From Armatimonadota bacterium (GTDB lineage: Bacteria; Armatimonadota; Zipacnadia; Zipacnadales; UBA5352): DNA of 64,000 nt. The stretch covers positions 32,001 to 96,000 of the forward strand of contig JAYENL010000314.1 in assembly GCA_034722055.1 (NCBI GenBank). The letters are read 5' to 3'. The translations under genes and the position numbers were made by a program. The notes under the pieces were generated by a model that was given only the letters and a program-made list of their open reading frames with translations, made no database searches and was not told the DNA's origin. Positions 17,909 to 26,940 of this stretch are shown piece by piece. How positions within the stretch are numbered: the first letter of the stretch is position 1; every line of letters starts with the position of its first letter.

Positions 17909-20152
17909 GTGCCGACAGTGGCGGAGTGCATGCGCGAGCGAACCACCGACAGCTACGACATCTGCGTGGTGGGCGGGGGGTTGGCAGGCATCTGCGCCGC
18001 GCTGGCCGCGGCCCGCCACGGCGCGCGCACGGCGCTGGTGGATGACCGCCCGGTGCTGGGAGGCTGCTCCAGCACGGAGCTGCGCGTGCCGGCCTGCGGG
18101 GCGGGCTATCACAACCCCTGGGGCACCGAGACGGGGATCATCCACGAGCTGATTCTGGAGGACCGCGCCCGCAACCACGCCGAGGTCGGCTACGGGCAGG
18201 CGAACGCCATCTGGGAGATGGTGCTCTATGACGCCTGCCGCCGGGAGCCGAGCCTGGAGATGCATCTCAACACCTGCATCGACGAGGTGCAGATGGCCGA
18301 CGCCCGCGCCATCGGGCTGGTCAGCGGCCCCCAGTCGCACAGCGGCACCAGGCTGCGCATCCCCGCGCGGCTGTTCATCGACTGCTCCGGCGACGGCTGC
18401 GTGGGTGTGGGCGCCGGAGTGCCCTTTCGCGTCGGCCCGGAGGCGCGCGGGGAGTACGGTGAGAGCTTCGCGCCCGAGGAGCCGGACGATTTCGTGATGG
18501 GCTCCAGCCTCATCTTCCGGGCGGTGGACACCGGCCGGGAGGTGCCCTTCGAGCCGCCGGAGTGGGCGGAGAGGTATGACTTCCCCGACGGCATCCCGTA
18601 TCGCTCCACGCGCGACTTCACCGGCGGCTACTGGTGGATCGAGATCGGCTGGCCGCTGGATACCCTCCACGATGACCCGCAGATCCGCGACGAGCTGCTG
18701 AGCCACCTCTTCGGCGTCTGGGATCACATCAAGAACCGCGGCCGCGAGCGCGAGGAGGCGCGCACCTGGGCACTCGACTGGGTGGGCTTTCTGCCCGCAC
18801 GGCGGGAGAGCCGGCGCTTCGTCGGCGCACACGTGCTGACCCAGCAGGAGATCCAGGGCGCGGAGCGCTTCCCCGACACCGTCGCGGTCGGTGGCTGGTC
18901 GATCGACGATCACACGCGGGGCGGGATCACCGCGCTGGACAAGCGCCCCTCCTTCGACCGCGTGCGGGTGGCGGACTACCTGGTGACGCCCTACCCGGTG
19001 CCGCTGCGCAGCCTCTACGCCGAGGAGGTCGAGAACCTGCTCTTCGCCGGGCGGGTGCTCAGCGCCAGCCGGGTGGCCTTCTGCTCTCTGCGCGTGCAGC
19101 AGACGCTGGCGACCACGGGCCAGGCGGCGGGCACGGCCGCCGCCTGGTGCATCGAGCGCGACTGCCGGCCGCACGAGATCGATGACCCCCGGCCCATCCA
19201 GCAGCGCCTTCTGCGGGATGACGCCTGGCTGCCGGGAGTGCAGGAGGACAATCTGGCGCGGGACGTGCGCGGCGCGCGGGCCTCGGCCTCGAGCGAGGCC
19301 GCCCTGCGCCCGGAGGCGGCGCAGGACGGCGCCGACCTGGCGGCCCAGCCTGCGGGGCTGATGCCGGTCTCCGAGGACCGCATTGAGCGCGTGGCCCTGT
19401 TCCTCGACAACCAGGAGGGCGAGGCGGAGATCACGCTGCGCATCTATCGGGCGTCGAACGTGTGGGACCTGGATGCGCTTGAACGCGAGCCGCTCGCGTC
19501 GGCGACCGCCGCGGTCCCCTACGGCAGCGGGTGGGTGGATGTGAGCATTGACATGGACGCCGAGCCCGGGGCCCTGTACTGGTTCCGCGCTGAGGGCCCC
19601 GACGAGATCATGTGGCGGTTCGCCGAGGAGATGGCGCCGGGGACGGCCGCGTGCCACCTGCGGCCGGATGGCACCCGCTGGTTCGCCGGTGGTGGTCGGG
19701 GAGGCTGGCGATCCATGGCGCTGCGCGTCGCCCCGGAGAGCCGGCCCTTCGGACCTGACCAGGCCATCAACGGCTGCGCCCGGCCCGACCGGGCCGCGAA
19801 CCTGTGGATCTCCGATCCTCACCAGCCGCTGCCGCAGTGGCTGGAGGTTGAGCTGGCTGAGCCCACCGAGATCGACGCTGCTGCCATCATCTTCGATACG
19901 AACCTGTCGCGTACCAACGGCGCCATGCCGGGACTGATGCGCGCGCCCGAGTGCGTTCGCGACTACCGGCTGGAGGCTGAGGCGGACGGCGGCTGGGAGG
20001 AGCTGGCGCGAGTGACGGGCAACTACCACAGGCGCCGGGAGCACCGCTTCGAGCCGGTGATCGTCCGACGCGTGCGCCTGACCGTCGAGGCCACCAACGG
20101 CGATCCCTCGGCGCGCGTCTGCGCTTTGAGACTCTACCGTGACGGGCGATGA
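17909..20152 (+). CDS. FAD-dependent oxidoreductase with C-terminal discoidin/F5-8-like domain
   Basis: DICVVGGGLAGICAALAAAR, FIDCSGDG, RRESRRFVG, NLLFAGR; C-terminal PQWLEVEL...VRRVRLTV. Confidence 0.85.
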   Translation: MPTVAECMRERTTDSYDICVVGGGLAGICAALAAARHGARTALVDDRPVLGGCSSTELRVPACGAGYHNPWGTETGIIHELILEDRARNHAEVGYGQANAIWEMVLYDACRREPSLEMHLNTCIDEVQMADARAIGLVSGPQSHSGTRLRIPARLFIDCSGDGCVGVGAGVPFRVGPEARGEYGESFAPEEPDDFVMGSSLIFRAVDTGREVPFEPPEWAERYDFPDGIPYRSTRDFTGGYWWIEIGWPLDTLHDDPQIRDELLSHLFGVWDHIKNRGREREEARTWALDWVGFLPARRESRRFVGAHVLTQQEIQGAERFPDTVAVGGWSIDDHTRGGITALDKRPSFDRVRVADYLVTPYPVPLRSLYAEEVENLLFAGRVLSASRVAFCSLRVQQTLATTGQAAGTAAAWCIERDCRPHEIDDPRPIQQRLLRDDAWLPGVQEDNLARDVRGARASASSEAALRPEAAQDGADLAAQPAGLMPVSEDRIERVALFLDNQEGEAEITLRIYRASNVWDLDALEREPLASATAAVPYGSGWVDVSIDMDAEPGALYWFRAEGPDEIMWRFAEEMAPGTAACHLRPDGTRWFAGGGRGGWRSMALRVAPESRPFGPDQAINGCARPDRAANLWISDPHQPLPQWLEVELAEPTEIDAAAIIFDTNLSRTNGAMPGLMRAPECVRDYRLEAEADGGWEELARVTGNYHRRREHRFEPVIVRRVRLTVEATNGDPSARVCALRLYRDGR

Positions 20153-21567
20153 CGCACCGGGAGGCGACCTTCATGTCTGACCTGCGGGCGGGAGTCGCGA
20201 CCATCGACATCACGCCACCCATCGGGCTGACCATGGCGGGCTATGGCGCGCGCACGCGGCCCTCCGACGGCATCGAGGACCCGCTGCTGGCCTACGCCCT
20301 GGCGCTGGAGCAGGGCGACGAGGCCTCCGCGATGGTGGTGGGCGACCTCATCGGCGTCCCCGAAGAGCTGTGCGGCAGAATCCGCGAGCGGGTGGAGGAG
20401 CTGTGCGACCTCGACGGCGATCGGGTCCTTGTATGTGGCACTCACACGCACTGGGGGCCGGTGCTGCAGGCGACCGGGTACCTTCCAGAGGACCTGCGCG
20501 AGGCGGTCTCCGAGGACTACACGGCGACGGTCGTCCGGCAGATGGCCGGCGCGGTGGCGGAGGCGTGGCGTCTGCGGGAGCCGGCCACGGCGCTGGCGGG
20601 GACCGGCCATGCCGACCTGGTGAAGTTCAACCGGCGGCCCGTGAACGCCGGGGGAAAGACGGAGATGAACCTGCGGCTGCCTCTGGAGCAGGCGCTGACG
20701 GCATCCCGTGTGGGGGCGGAGCTGGCGGAGACCTGGGAGCCAGGCGGCGGGCCGGGCGAGCGCCTCAGCGAGCCCCTGGATGAACTGGACGGGCTCCGCG
20801 TGGGGCCGGCCAACACCGACCTGCCGGTGCTGAAGCTGATGCGACCGGACGGCTCGCCGCTGGCGGCCGTCATGGTCTTCGGCTGCCATCCCGTCTGCGG
20901 CGCTGACCCGGACACCACGTTCTACCGCTACTCGGCAGACTGGCCGCGCTACGCCCGGCGCGTGGTGGAGCTGACGCTGGGCTGCCCGGCGATGCTGCTG
21001 CTGGGCTGCGCCGGGGATCAGGTGCCCGTGCGCCGGGGCGGCGAGTCCCGGCAGCGCACCGGGCACTCCGTGGGCGCGGAGGCCGTTCGCGTCTGGGAGC
21101 TCATCGAGGGGGAGTCAATCGGGCCGCTGCGGATCGCCAGCCGGACGGTGGAGCTGCCTCTGCGGGACCTGCCCAGCGTCGAGGAGGCGCGGGCGGCGCT
21201 GGAGGCCACCGACGATCCCGAGGGCAAAGGCGCCATGCGCGAGCGCCACACCCTCTCGCAGGCCGAGCGCTTCGAGGGGATGGAGGCCGTGCCTGTGCAG
21301 GCCTGGGGCATGTCGCTGGGCGAGCAGTGGGGACTCGTGGGGCTGCCGGGCGAGGTGCTGTGCGAGTTCGAGCTGCAGATTCGCCAGCGGACGCCCTTCG
21401 CGAACACGGCGGTGGTGGAGCTGGCGCTGGGGAGCCCCGGGTACCTGCCGACCGACCCGTCCATCGACGAGGGCGGCTACGAGCCGGGCTGGTCGCCCTT
21501 CGGCAAGGGCACGGAGGCGGCGGCCGTGGAGGGGGCTGTCGCGACACTCGAGGAGTGCGCGGGCTGA
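20149..21567 (+). CDS. Neutral/alkaline ceramidase-like hydrolase
   Basis: AGVATIDITPP...MAGYGAR, THTHWGP, FGCHP, SADWP, GLPGEVL, GYLP.....EGGYE; alternative start 20173. Confidence 0.75.
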   Translation: MTHREATFMSDLRAGVATIDITPPIGLTMAGYGARTRPSDGIEDPLLAYALALEQGDEASAMVVGDLIGVPEELCGRIRERVEELCDLDGDRVLVCGTHTHWGPVLQATGYLPEDLREAVSEDYTATVVRQMAGAVAEAWRLREPATALAGTGHADLVKFNRRPVNAGGKTEMNLRLPLEQALTASRVGAELAETWEPGGGPGERLSEPLDELDGLRVGPANTDLPVLKLMRPDGSPLAAVMVFGCHPVCGADPDTTFYRYSADWPRYARRVVELTLGCPAMLLLGCAGDQVPVRRGGESRQRTGHSVGAEAVRVWELIEGESIGPLRIASRTVELPLRDLPSVEEARAALEATDDPEGKGAMRERHTLSQAERFEGMEAVPVQAWGMSLGEQWGLVGLPGEVLCEFELQIRQRTPFANTAVVELALGSPGYLPTDPSIDEGGYEPGWSPFGKGTEAAAVEGAVATLEECAG

Positions 21568-21585
21568 GCGTGGAGGAGGCACGGC

Positions 21586-22140
21586 GTGAGCATGTCGGAG
21601 CGGATCGGCCGCCACGCTGAGATGGAGTGCGTCTCCCGCCTGGCGACCGAGGAGGACCTGCCGGTGCTGGCCATCTTCGAGCGGGAGCTGGCCCGGCTGT
21701 CGTTCCCCGAGGACCCCATCCTGGACCTGGAGTATCACACCGAGAAGCTGCAGCGGGCCATAGAGCGGGAGCCGGAGGGCATGATCGTGCAGACGGTGAC
21801 CTCCGAGGAGTCGGTCGCCGGTGATGAGATCGCCGCCTGGATGTGGCTGATGACGAAGAGGACGCTGGCGACCGGCGAGCCCTACGGCGTGCTGCGCAGC
21901 CTCTACGTGCGGCGGCGGTACCGGCGGCACGGGCTGGCGCTGAGCCTGGCGGAGTATGCCCTGCGCTACTTCGCCCGGCGCGACGTGAAGAAGATCATGG
22001 CCAAGGTCCACACTGAGAACAAGCCGGCGGTGCAGGTGCTGCGGCGCGTGGGCTTCGAGCCCCTGCACACCACGCTGCAGTACCGCCTGCAGCCCGGCGA
22101 GCCCTACTTCTTCGACGAGGAGGACGAGGAGGAGCTCTGA
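21586..22140 (+). CDS. GNAT family N-acetyltransferase
   Basis: SLYVRRRYRRHGLA..L (motif A), ENKPA....RRVGF; GGAGGAGG SD. Confidence 0.8.
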   Translation: MSMSERIGRHAEMECVSRLATEEDLPVLAIFERELARLSFPEDPILDLEYHTEKLQRAIEREPEGMIVQTVTSEESVAGDEIAAWMWLMTKRTLATGEPYGVLRSLYVRRRYRRHGLALSLAEYALRYFARRDVKKIMAKVHTENKPAVQVLRRVGFEPLHTTLQYRLQPGEPYFFDEEDEEEL

Positions 22141-22144
22141 CGGC

Positions 22145-24763
22145 TCAGCCCTCCGCCGTCCGCAGCAGCGTGTCGGCGATATGGAAGCGGCAGGGTCTGG
22201 GGATGCCCCAGCCGGGGTAGTACATCATCTTGATGAGCTCCCCGCGTATCTCCATCCCCGGCTCGTCTCGGGAGTAGATCATCGAGCCGGTCTCCCTGGC
22301 CTCCACGCGGTCGATGATGAAGGCCTGCGTCAGCGTCCCGCCCAGGTCCACCACCAGGCACCGTCCCTCCAGCCCCTCCGGCAGCTCCGCGTCGGTCTCG
22401 AAGGCGTCGAACTCGTCGCCGGCCTCGACTCGATGCGTGGCGATGACCTCACCCTGGTGCCAGCCGGGCCCGGAGAGGTCGATGTCCCCTGCGGCCAGGC
22501 GCGTGGCGTCAACCCCGTAGGCGTGCACGGGCCGGTCGCCGTCGAAGCGCAGGTGGGCGAAGCGGCCCGCGAAGGTCACGCCGCCGGCGGTGGCGTGTTC
22601 GGCGAAGGGGCCGTCATCGGCGGAGCTGAGGATCAGGTCGGTGCGGCCGTCGGCCAGCGTCACCCGCAGGCCGACGTCCATCGGCCCGCCCCACTGGACG
22701 GGCTCGATGGACTGCACGTTCGGCCGCCCCTGGAAGGCATCGTGGACCGCCACGAAGACCGACTCCCCGCTGGTGCGGCGCACGTCGATGAAGTCCGCGT
22801 ATCCCTCGTGGCGCATGGCCGGGCCGCGCGCGACGATCACTCGCGTCCCCGGCGCCCCCAGCACGTGCGTCCGGAGGCTGGAGCCGGCCTGGTAGTCGAA
22901 CTGCGCGGTCCACCCCTCTCCCGTGTCCGCGGCCCGCAGCATGTCCAGGTACTGGTGCAGCACGCCCTCCATGGGCGTGAGGTCCAGCGAGGTCGTCAGC
23001 GTGTAGGGGTCCTGCAGGCAGCCGTGCAGCATCCAGTCATGCGTCTCCCCGCCGCGGACGCGGAAGATGTCCACCGCGTAGACCTGGCTGCCGTCTATGC
23101 GCACCAGGGCCACCGTGCGGCGGTAGATCTCCGGCTCCGGATACCACGCGCGCTCGCCCTCGGCCTCCGCCACCTGCACGGTATCCCAGTCGGGGCAGAA
23201 GCAGCGCAGCTTGGGGTCATTGAGTGCGTTCCCGTGGCCGCCGTCCCGGTAGCGCCAGTTGGGGATGTCGATGGTCATGCCGGCGTGCTGCGAGATGCCC
23301 TCCATGGCGTCGGCCTCGGTAATCGGCCGCCGGTGGCTCTCGTGCGGGAAGCGCCCCTGCTGGTTCTGCTCGTCGATGACCACCGTGTTGTGCCCCGCGG
23401 TCATGGTCTGCCACTCGCGGGTGGAGGGCCAGTCGTCTGGGGCGCGGTACTTGGTCTCCGAGAGGTGCTCGCGGCCCCCGGCGAAGAGGATGATGCTCAG
23501 GGCGTCGTAGTGCTCGTGGCCGTGGGTGCCGGAGTAGTGGAGGTGAAGCTGCGCCTGGTCGTCGCCCTCGCCAGTCCCCAGGATGGCGTGCCCCATGCAG
23601 CCAAGGATGCGCGGGTAGGAGCGCTGGGGCTTGCTGTCCCACCAGGCGCCGTGGGGGAATGAGGCGTCGTGGAGCTTGGCGTAGTCCTTGTTCGGGAAGG
23701 TCAGCTTCTTGAGGGCGTCCCACATGCGCTGGTGCTGGCGGGCGTACTCCGCCGCCAGGTCCAGGTGGTCGTATCGCGGCAGGTCGATCTCGCAGGTGTA
23801 GCCGGGCGGGTCGGAGTAGCCCTCTACCGCCGCCGGCGCCCTCCGGGTCAGGCCCACAGTAATGTCTTTATGGTAGCTCGGCGAGCCCTCATGCCAGAAT
23901 CCGTCGGCGTAGTACATGGCGTTGATGATATAGCGATAGCGCTGCACGGCGATGTGCACGTAGTGGGGCTCGGGGATGGCCATGCCATACAGCGGCAGCG
24001 AGCGGAGCATGTAGTGCGTGAGGTTCCCCAGGCCCAGCGGCCGCTCCAGGTAATGCTCGGGGATGTGGCGGATCAGGTCTCGCTCGATCTGCTCCACCGC
24101 GCCCAACTGCTGCATGGCGCCCGAGGCGTGGATCATGTCAAAGGCCCGGACCACGGGCAGTCCGAACTCGATGTCGGAGACGAACCACACGCCCCACAGG
24201 CCGTTGGCGTCCCACGCCCGGCGGTAGGCCTCATCGTCCTGGTCGCGCAGCTGCCCCTCGCGCGTGACCAGCGGCCACTGCGGCATGACCTGTGCGTAGC
24301 GCTGCAGGATCAGCGCGCAGCGGCGGGCGGCGTTGGCGTCGCCGGTCAGCCGCCACAGGCGGGCCAGGTCCCAGGCCACCAGCCGCATGGCGATGTTGCT
24401 GTCATCCAGCGCACCGCGCTCGGTGATCTGCGCCCGCAGCTCATCCTCGGAGACCTCCAGCCAGGGAGCCGTCAGCGCCGCCAGGATTCGCGCCGCCCGC
24501 TCCCCGGGGTCCGCCTCTCCAGTGGTCTGGTGTAGCCGGAAGAGCAGGTCGGCCGCCGCGCGGGGCGGCGCGTTCTCCTCCGCGAGCGGCTGGCGCGGCT
24601 TCACGCTCGCCAGCAGCTCATCGTCGCTCTGCGGGAAGCGATCCTCGAGCCGCTCCCGCGTCGCTTCAGGATCGCACTCGTAGCTGAGGAACGGCCGCTG
24701 CGCCACGGCCTGTATCGTCGAGCTGACCAGGAGCACGACTGCCACCAGCAGCATTGCACGCAT
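22145..24763 (-). CDS. Exported heparinase II/III-family (polysaccharide lyase-like) protein
   Basis: Signal peptide MRAMLLVAVV; DGFWHEGSPSYH, HGHEHYDALSI, TAGHNTVVIDE, YRRTVAL, AVDIFRV. Confidence 0.8.
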   Translation of the reverse strand: MRAMLLVAVVLLVSSTIQAVAQRPFLSYECDPEATRERLEDRFPQSDDELLASVKPRQPLAEENAPPRAAADLLFRLHQTTGEADPGERAARILAALTAPWLEVSEDELRAQITERGALDDSNIAMRLVAWDLARLWRLTGDANAARRCALILQRYAQVMPQWPLVTREGQLRDQDDEAYRRAWDANGLWGVWFVSDIEFGLPVVRAFDMIHASGAMQQLGAVEQIERDLIRHIPEHYLERPLGLGNLTHYMLRSLPLYGMAIPEPHYVHIAVQRYRYIINAMYYADGFWHEGSPSYHKDITVGLTRRAPAAVEGYSDPPGYTCEIDLPRYDHLDLAAEYARQHQRMWDALKKLTFPNKDYAKLHDASFPHGAWWDSKPQRSYPRILGCMGHAILGTGEGDDQAQLHLHYSGTHGHEHYDALSIILFAGGREHLSETKYRAPDDWPSTREWQTMTAGHNTVVIDEQNQQGRFPHESHRRPITEADAMEGISQHAGMTIDIPNWRYRDGGHGNALNDPKLRCFCPDWDTVQVAEAEGERAWYPEPEIYRRTVALVRIDGSQVYAVDIFRVRGGETHDWMLHGCLQDPYTLTTSLDLTPMEGVLHQYLDMLRAADTGEGWTAQFDYQAGSSLRTHVLGAPGTRVIVARGPAMRHEGYADFIDVRRTSGESVFVAVHDAFQGRPNVQSIEPVQWGGPMDVGLRVTLADGRTDLILSSADDGPFAEHATAGGVTFAGRFAHLRFDGDRPVHAYGVDATRLAAGDIDLSGPGWHQGEVIATHRVEAGDEFDAFETDAELPEGLEGRCLVVDLGGTLTQAFIIDRVEARETGSMIYSRDEPGMEIRGELIKMMYYPGWGIPRPCRFHIADTLLRTAEG

Positions 24764-24792
24764 TGTCGCACGCTCCCGTCCCGTTTCCGCGG

Positions 24793-26784
24793 TCACTCCA
24801 CCACCAGCGAGGGTGCCGGGAAGAAGTAGTGCACCACGATCCAGAACGTCAGGATGACGCTCACGCCCAGGATGAGGCCGAATGCCAGCGGTCGAAGGCG
24901 ATTGAAGGCCCGGAAGCCGCCGAACTTGACCACGGTGACCTTCCACAGCCAGCCGATGAAGATCGACATCCAGTAGCGGCTGATAGGCCAGCCCAGCCAG
25001 GCCACGTATCCCAGCGGATGCAGCGGCCACCACACGAACCGCCGGCGCAGGGCCACCAGGCTCCAGGTGAGGCCCGCACCCAGCGCCAGGCCGATCCAGT
25101 CCGCCAGGCCCATCGCCGAGGGCGTCTGCAGATACCGGGCCAGGCGGGTGGTGGTGTTCAGACCCGAGCCGCTGGGCCACCAGCCCAGCTTGGGCACACT
25201 CCAGTTGTAGATAACATACAGCGACGTCACATGGCTGCAGAGAATGGCCACAATGACCGCCAGCATGGCCACCAGGACGATCTGGGCGCGATGGGCCTTC
25301 ATCTCCGCGCCGACCTTCAGCCCCTGCGCCACCGCCGCCATGTTCATGGTGGCAGTGGAGCGGATCTGCGTCCAGCTCGTGGCGGTCATCAGCGCGATGT
25401 TGTGTGCTCCCACGCGCTCGGTGCCGGCGATCTCGAAGATGGCCTCGTTGAGCCGGAAGGGGCTGGAGTAGATGAACATGCCGGCCTCGCAGACCACGCG
25501 CGCCACGACCATCCCCACCAGCGGGAAGGCGGCATACTGCACGATGGCCCACAGCGTGTCCATGCCGACGTATGAGCACCACCACACGATGAAGGCGAAG
25601 GCGCCCAAGAACCCCAGCACGGAGAGCCGGTAGGGCTCATCCGCGTCAGCCGCCTCCGGCCTGCGGCGGACCGTGCCGAAGGCGACGCCCACGGCCTTGC
25701 GGAGGTGGTCGCGGGCCGACCACAGCAGGGCCCCGGCCAGAACCGCATAGCCCCCGATGGTCTGGAACTCGAAGAACTGGTAGTGGCCCACATCCACGCC
25801 CACAGCGATGCGCACGAACTGCTGGATTCGCTGGAACCACCAGAAGAACCACAGCGAGAAGCCCACCTCGGCGGTGAGAAGGTAGGCGATGCCGACCATC
25901 TCGGGGTAGAGGTGCCTGGGGATGTTGTTGAAGGCCGACCACGGGCCGCCGAGGGTGGTGCGGATGGTTTCCTGCAACTGGATGTCGGGGATGGCCGGCC
26001 AGTAGGCGTGCAGGCCCTTGATGGAGTAGAGGATGCACGCGGAGGCGAAGGCGATCCACATCAGGGGGCTGTGCATCAGCTCCGCGGCGCCGCTCGGCTC
26101 CCCCTCCACCACCTCCACCGGCACCTGCACCAGCGGGTACAGCAGACGCTCCTCCCGCTCCCACCGATGCGCCAGGGCGGTCATGAAGCACAGGACCATC
26201 CAGTAGATGGCGAAGAAGAACGGCGTCCACACCAGCAGCGGGGTCACCCAGGCCCGCCAGGGGACGCTCCGGCCCGGCGGAAGGCCCTCGTAGGCCCAGC
26301 GGACGGCCGCGGCCTCCGGGGCGGTGTCAGGCACGAGCATGGGGTTGAGGTCCTCGAGATACAGCTCCGGCGGCGCGATGTCGGGCGTGGCGTAGTACAC
26401 GATGCCCAGCAGGTTCAGGTAGACGTGCTGGGCGAACTCCTGGCCGGCGATGGCTCCCACCACCAGGAGCATCAGGAAGACCAGCAGCAACTCCCGAGCA
26501 TTGAGCCGCAGTCGCCTCGTGACGCGGCCGATCAGCCGCATGGCGGCGTTGGCGCCGATCAGGGCGAGGAGGATGCACACGGCGCCGCGCGGGAGGTAGC
26601 CGGTGCCGATGATCTCGTAGCGGAGGAAGACCCCGAAGCAGCCCACCACGGTGAAGAAGACCACCATGATGAGGCCCACGATGACGGCGCGGGCGGTGAC
26701 CCCGGAGAGCCCCGCCCGCTCCTCGGCCTCCGCAACCACCTGCTCATCGGTGCTGGAGGGGGTATCCAACGCCAGCGCGCTCAC
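24793..26784 (-). CDS. Large polytopic membrane protein (DUF6785/DUF6784 type), putative transporter
   Basis: Very hydrophobic 663 aa; VTARAVIVG, WEREERLLYPLVQVP, EVGFSLWFF, ARVVCEAG, WWPLHPLGY. Confidence 0.75.
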   Translation of the reverse strand: MSALALDTPSSTDEQVVAEAEERAGLSGVTARAVIVGLIMVVFFTVVGCFGVFLRYEIIGTGYLPRGAVCILLALIGANAAMRLIGRVTRRLRLNARELLLVFLMLLVVGAIAGQEFAQHVYLNLLGIVYYATPDIAPPELYLEDLNPMLVPDTAPEAAAVRWAYEGLPPGRSVPWRAWVTPLLVWTPFFFAIYWMVLCFMTALAHRWEREERLLYPLVQVPVEVVEGEPSGAAELMHSPLMWIAFASACILYSIKGLHAYWPAIPDIQLQETIRTTLGGPWSAFNNIPRHLYPEMVGIAYLLTAEVGFSLWFFWWFQRIQQFVRIAVGVDVGHYQFFEFQTIGGYAVLAGALLWSARDHLRKAVGVAFGTVRRRPEAADADEPYRLSVLGFLGAFAFIVWWCSYVGMDTLWAIVQYAAFPLVGMVVARVVCEAGMFIYSSPFRLNEAIFEIAGTERVGAHNIALMTATSWTQIRSTATMNMAAVAQGLKVGAEMKAHRAQIVLVAMLAVIVAILCSHVTSLYVIYNWSVPKLGWWPSGSGLNTTTRLARYLQTPSAMGLADWIGLALGAGLTWSLVALRRRFVWWPLHPLGYVAWLGWPISRYWMSIFIGWLWKVTVVKFGGFRAFNRLRPLAFGLILGVSVILTFWIVVHYFFPAPSLVVE

Positions 26785-26832
26785 TCCCCATTCGGATCTC
26801 TCGGGTCCATGCCCAGGGGCGGGAGCCCTATC

Positions 26833-26895
26833 ATTCCGTCCTCACCGGCCGCACACCTGCCGGCACCGAAGGGGGGAGCGGCGGCGGCGGCGAAT
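26833..26895. promoter_or_regulatory. Back-to-back SigH-like promoters for the divergent genes
   Basis: Minus: GCAGG(26860-26856)-19-GAAT(26836-26833); plus: GAAGG(26868-26872)-19-GAAT(26892-26895). Confidence 0.55.
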
Positions 26896-26940
26896 ACTTC
26901 ACTGTCGGCATCACTGGGATTTCGCGGAGAAGCGACTCTC

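Noticed and set aside
14978..20044. 1688-aa minus-strand ORF (and similar long ORFs such as 11462-13372, 7205-8782, 55325-57541)
   Set aside because: Antisense shadows of well-supported genes; stop codons are rare in high-GC DNA and the translations show no motifs.
24764..25585. Apparent N-terminal extension of the heparinase ORF
   Set aside because: Alternative frame inside the DUF6785 gene; the signal peptide begins at 24763.
25705..26940. Apparent 412-aa N-terminal extension of the histidine kinase
   Set aside because: Overlaps the minus-strand membrane gene; a promoter-like motif and ATG 26941 mark the more plausible start.
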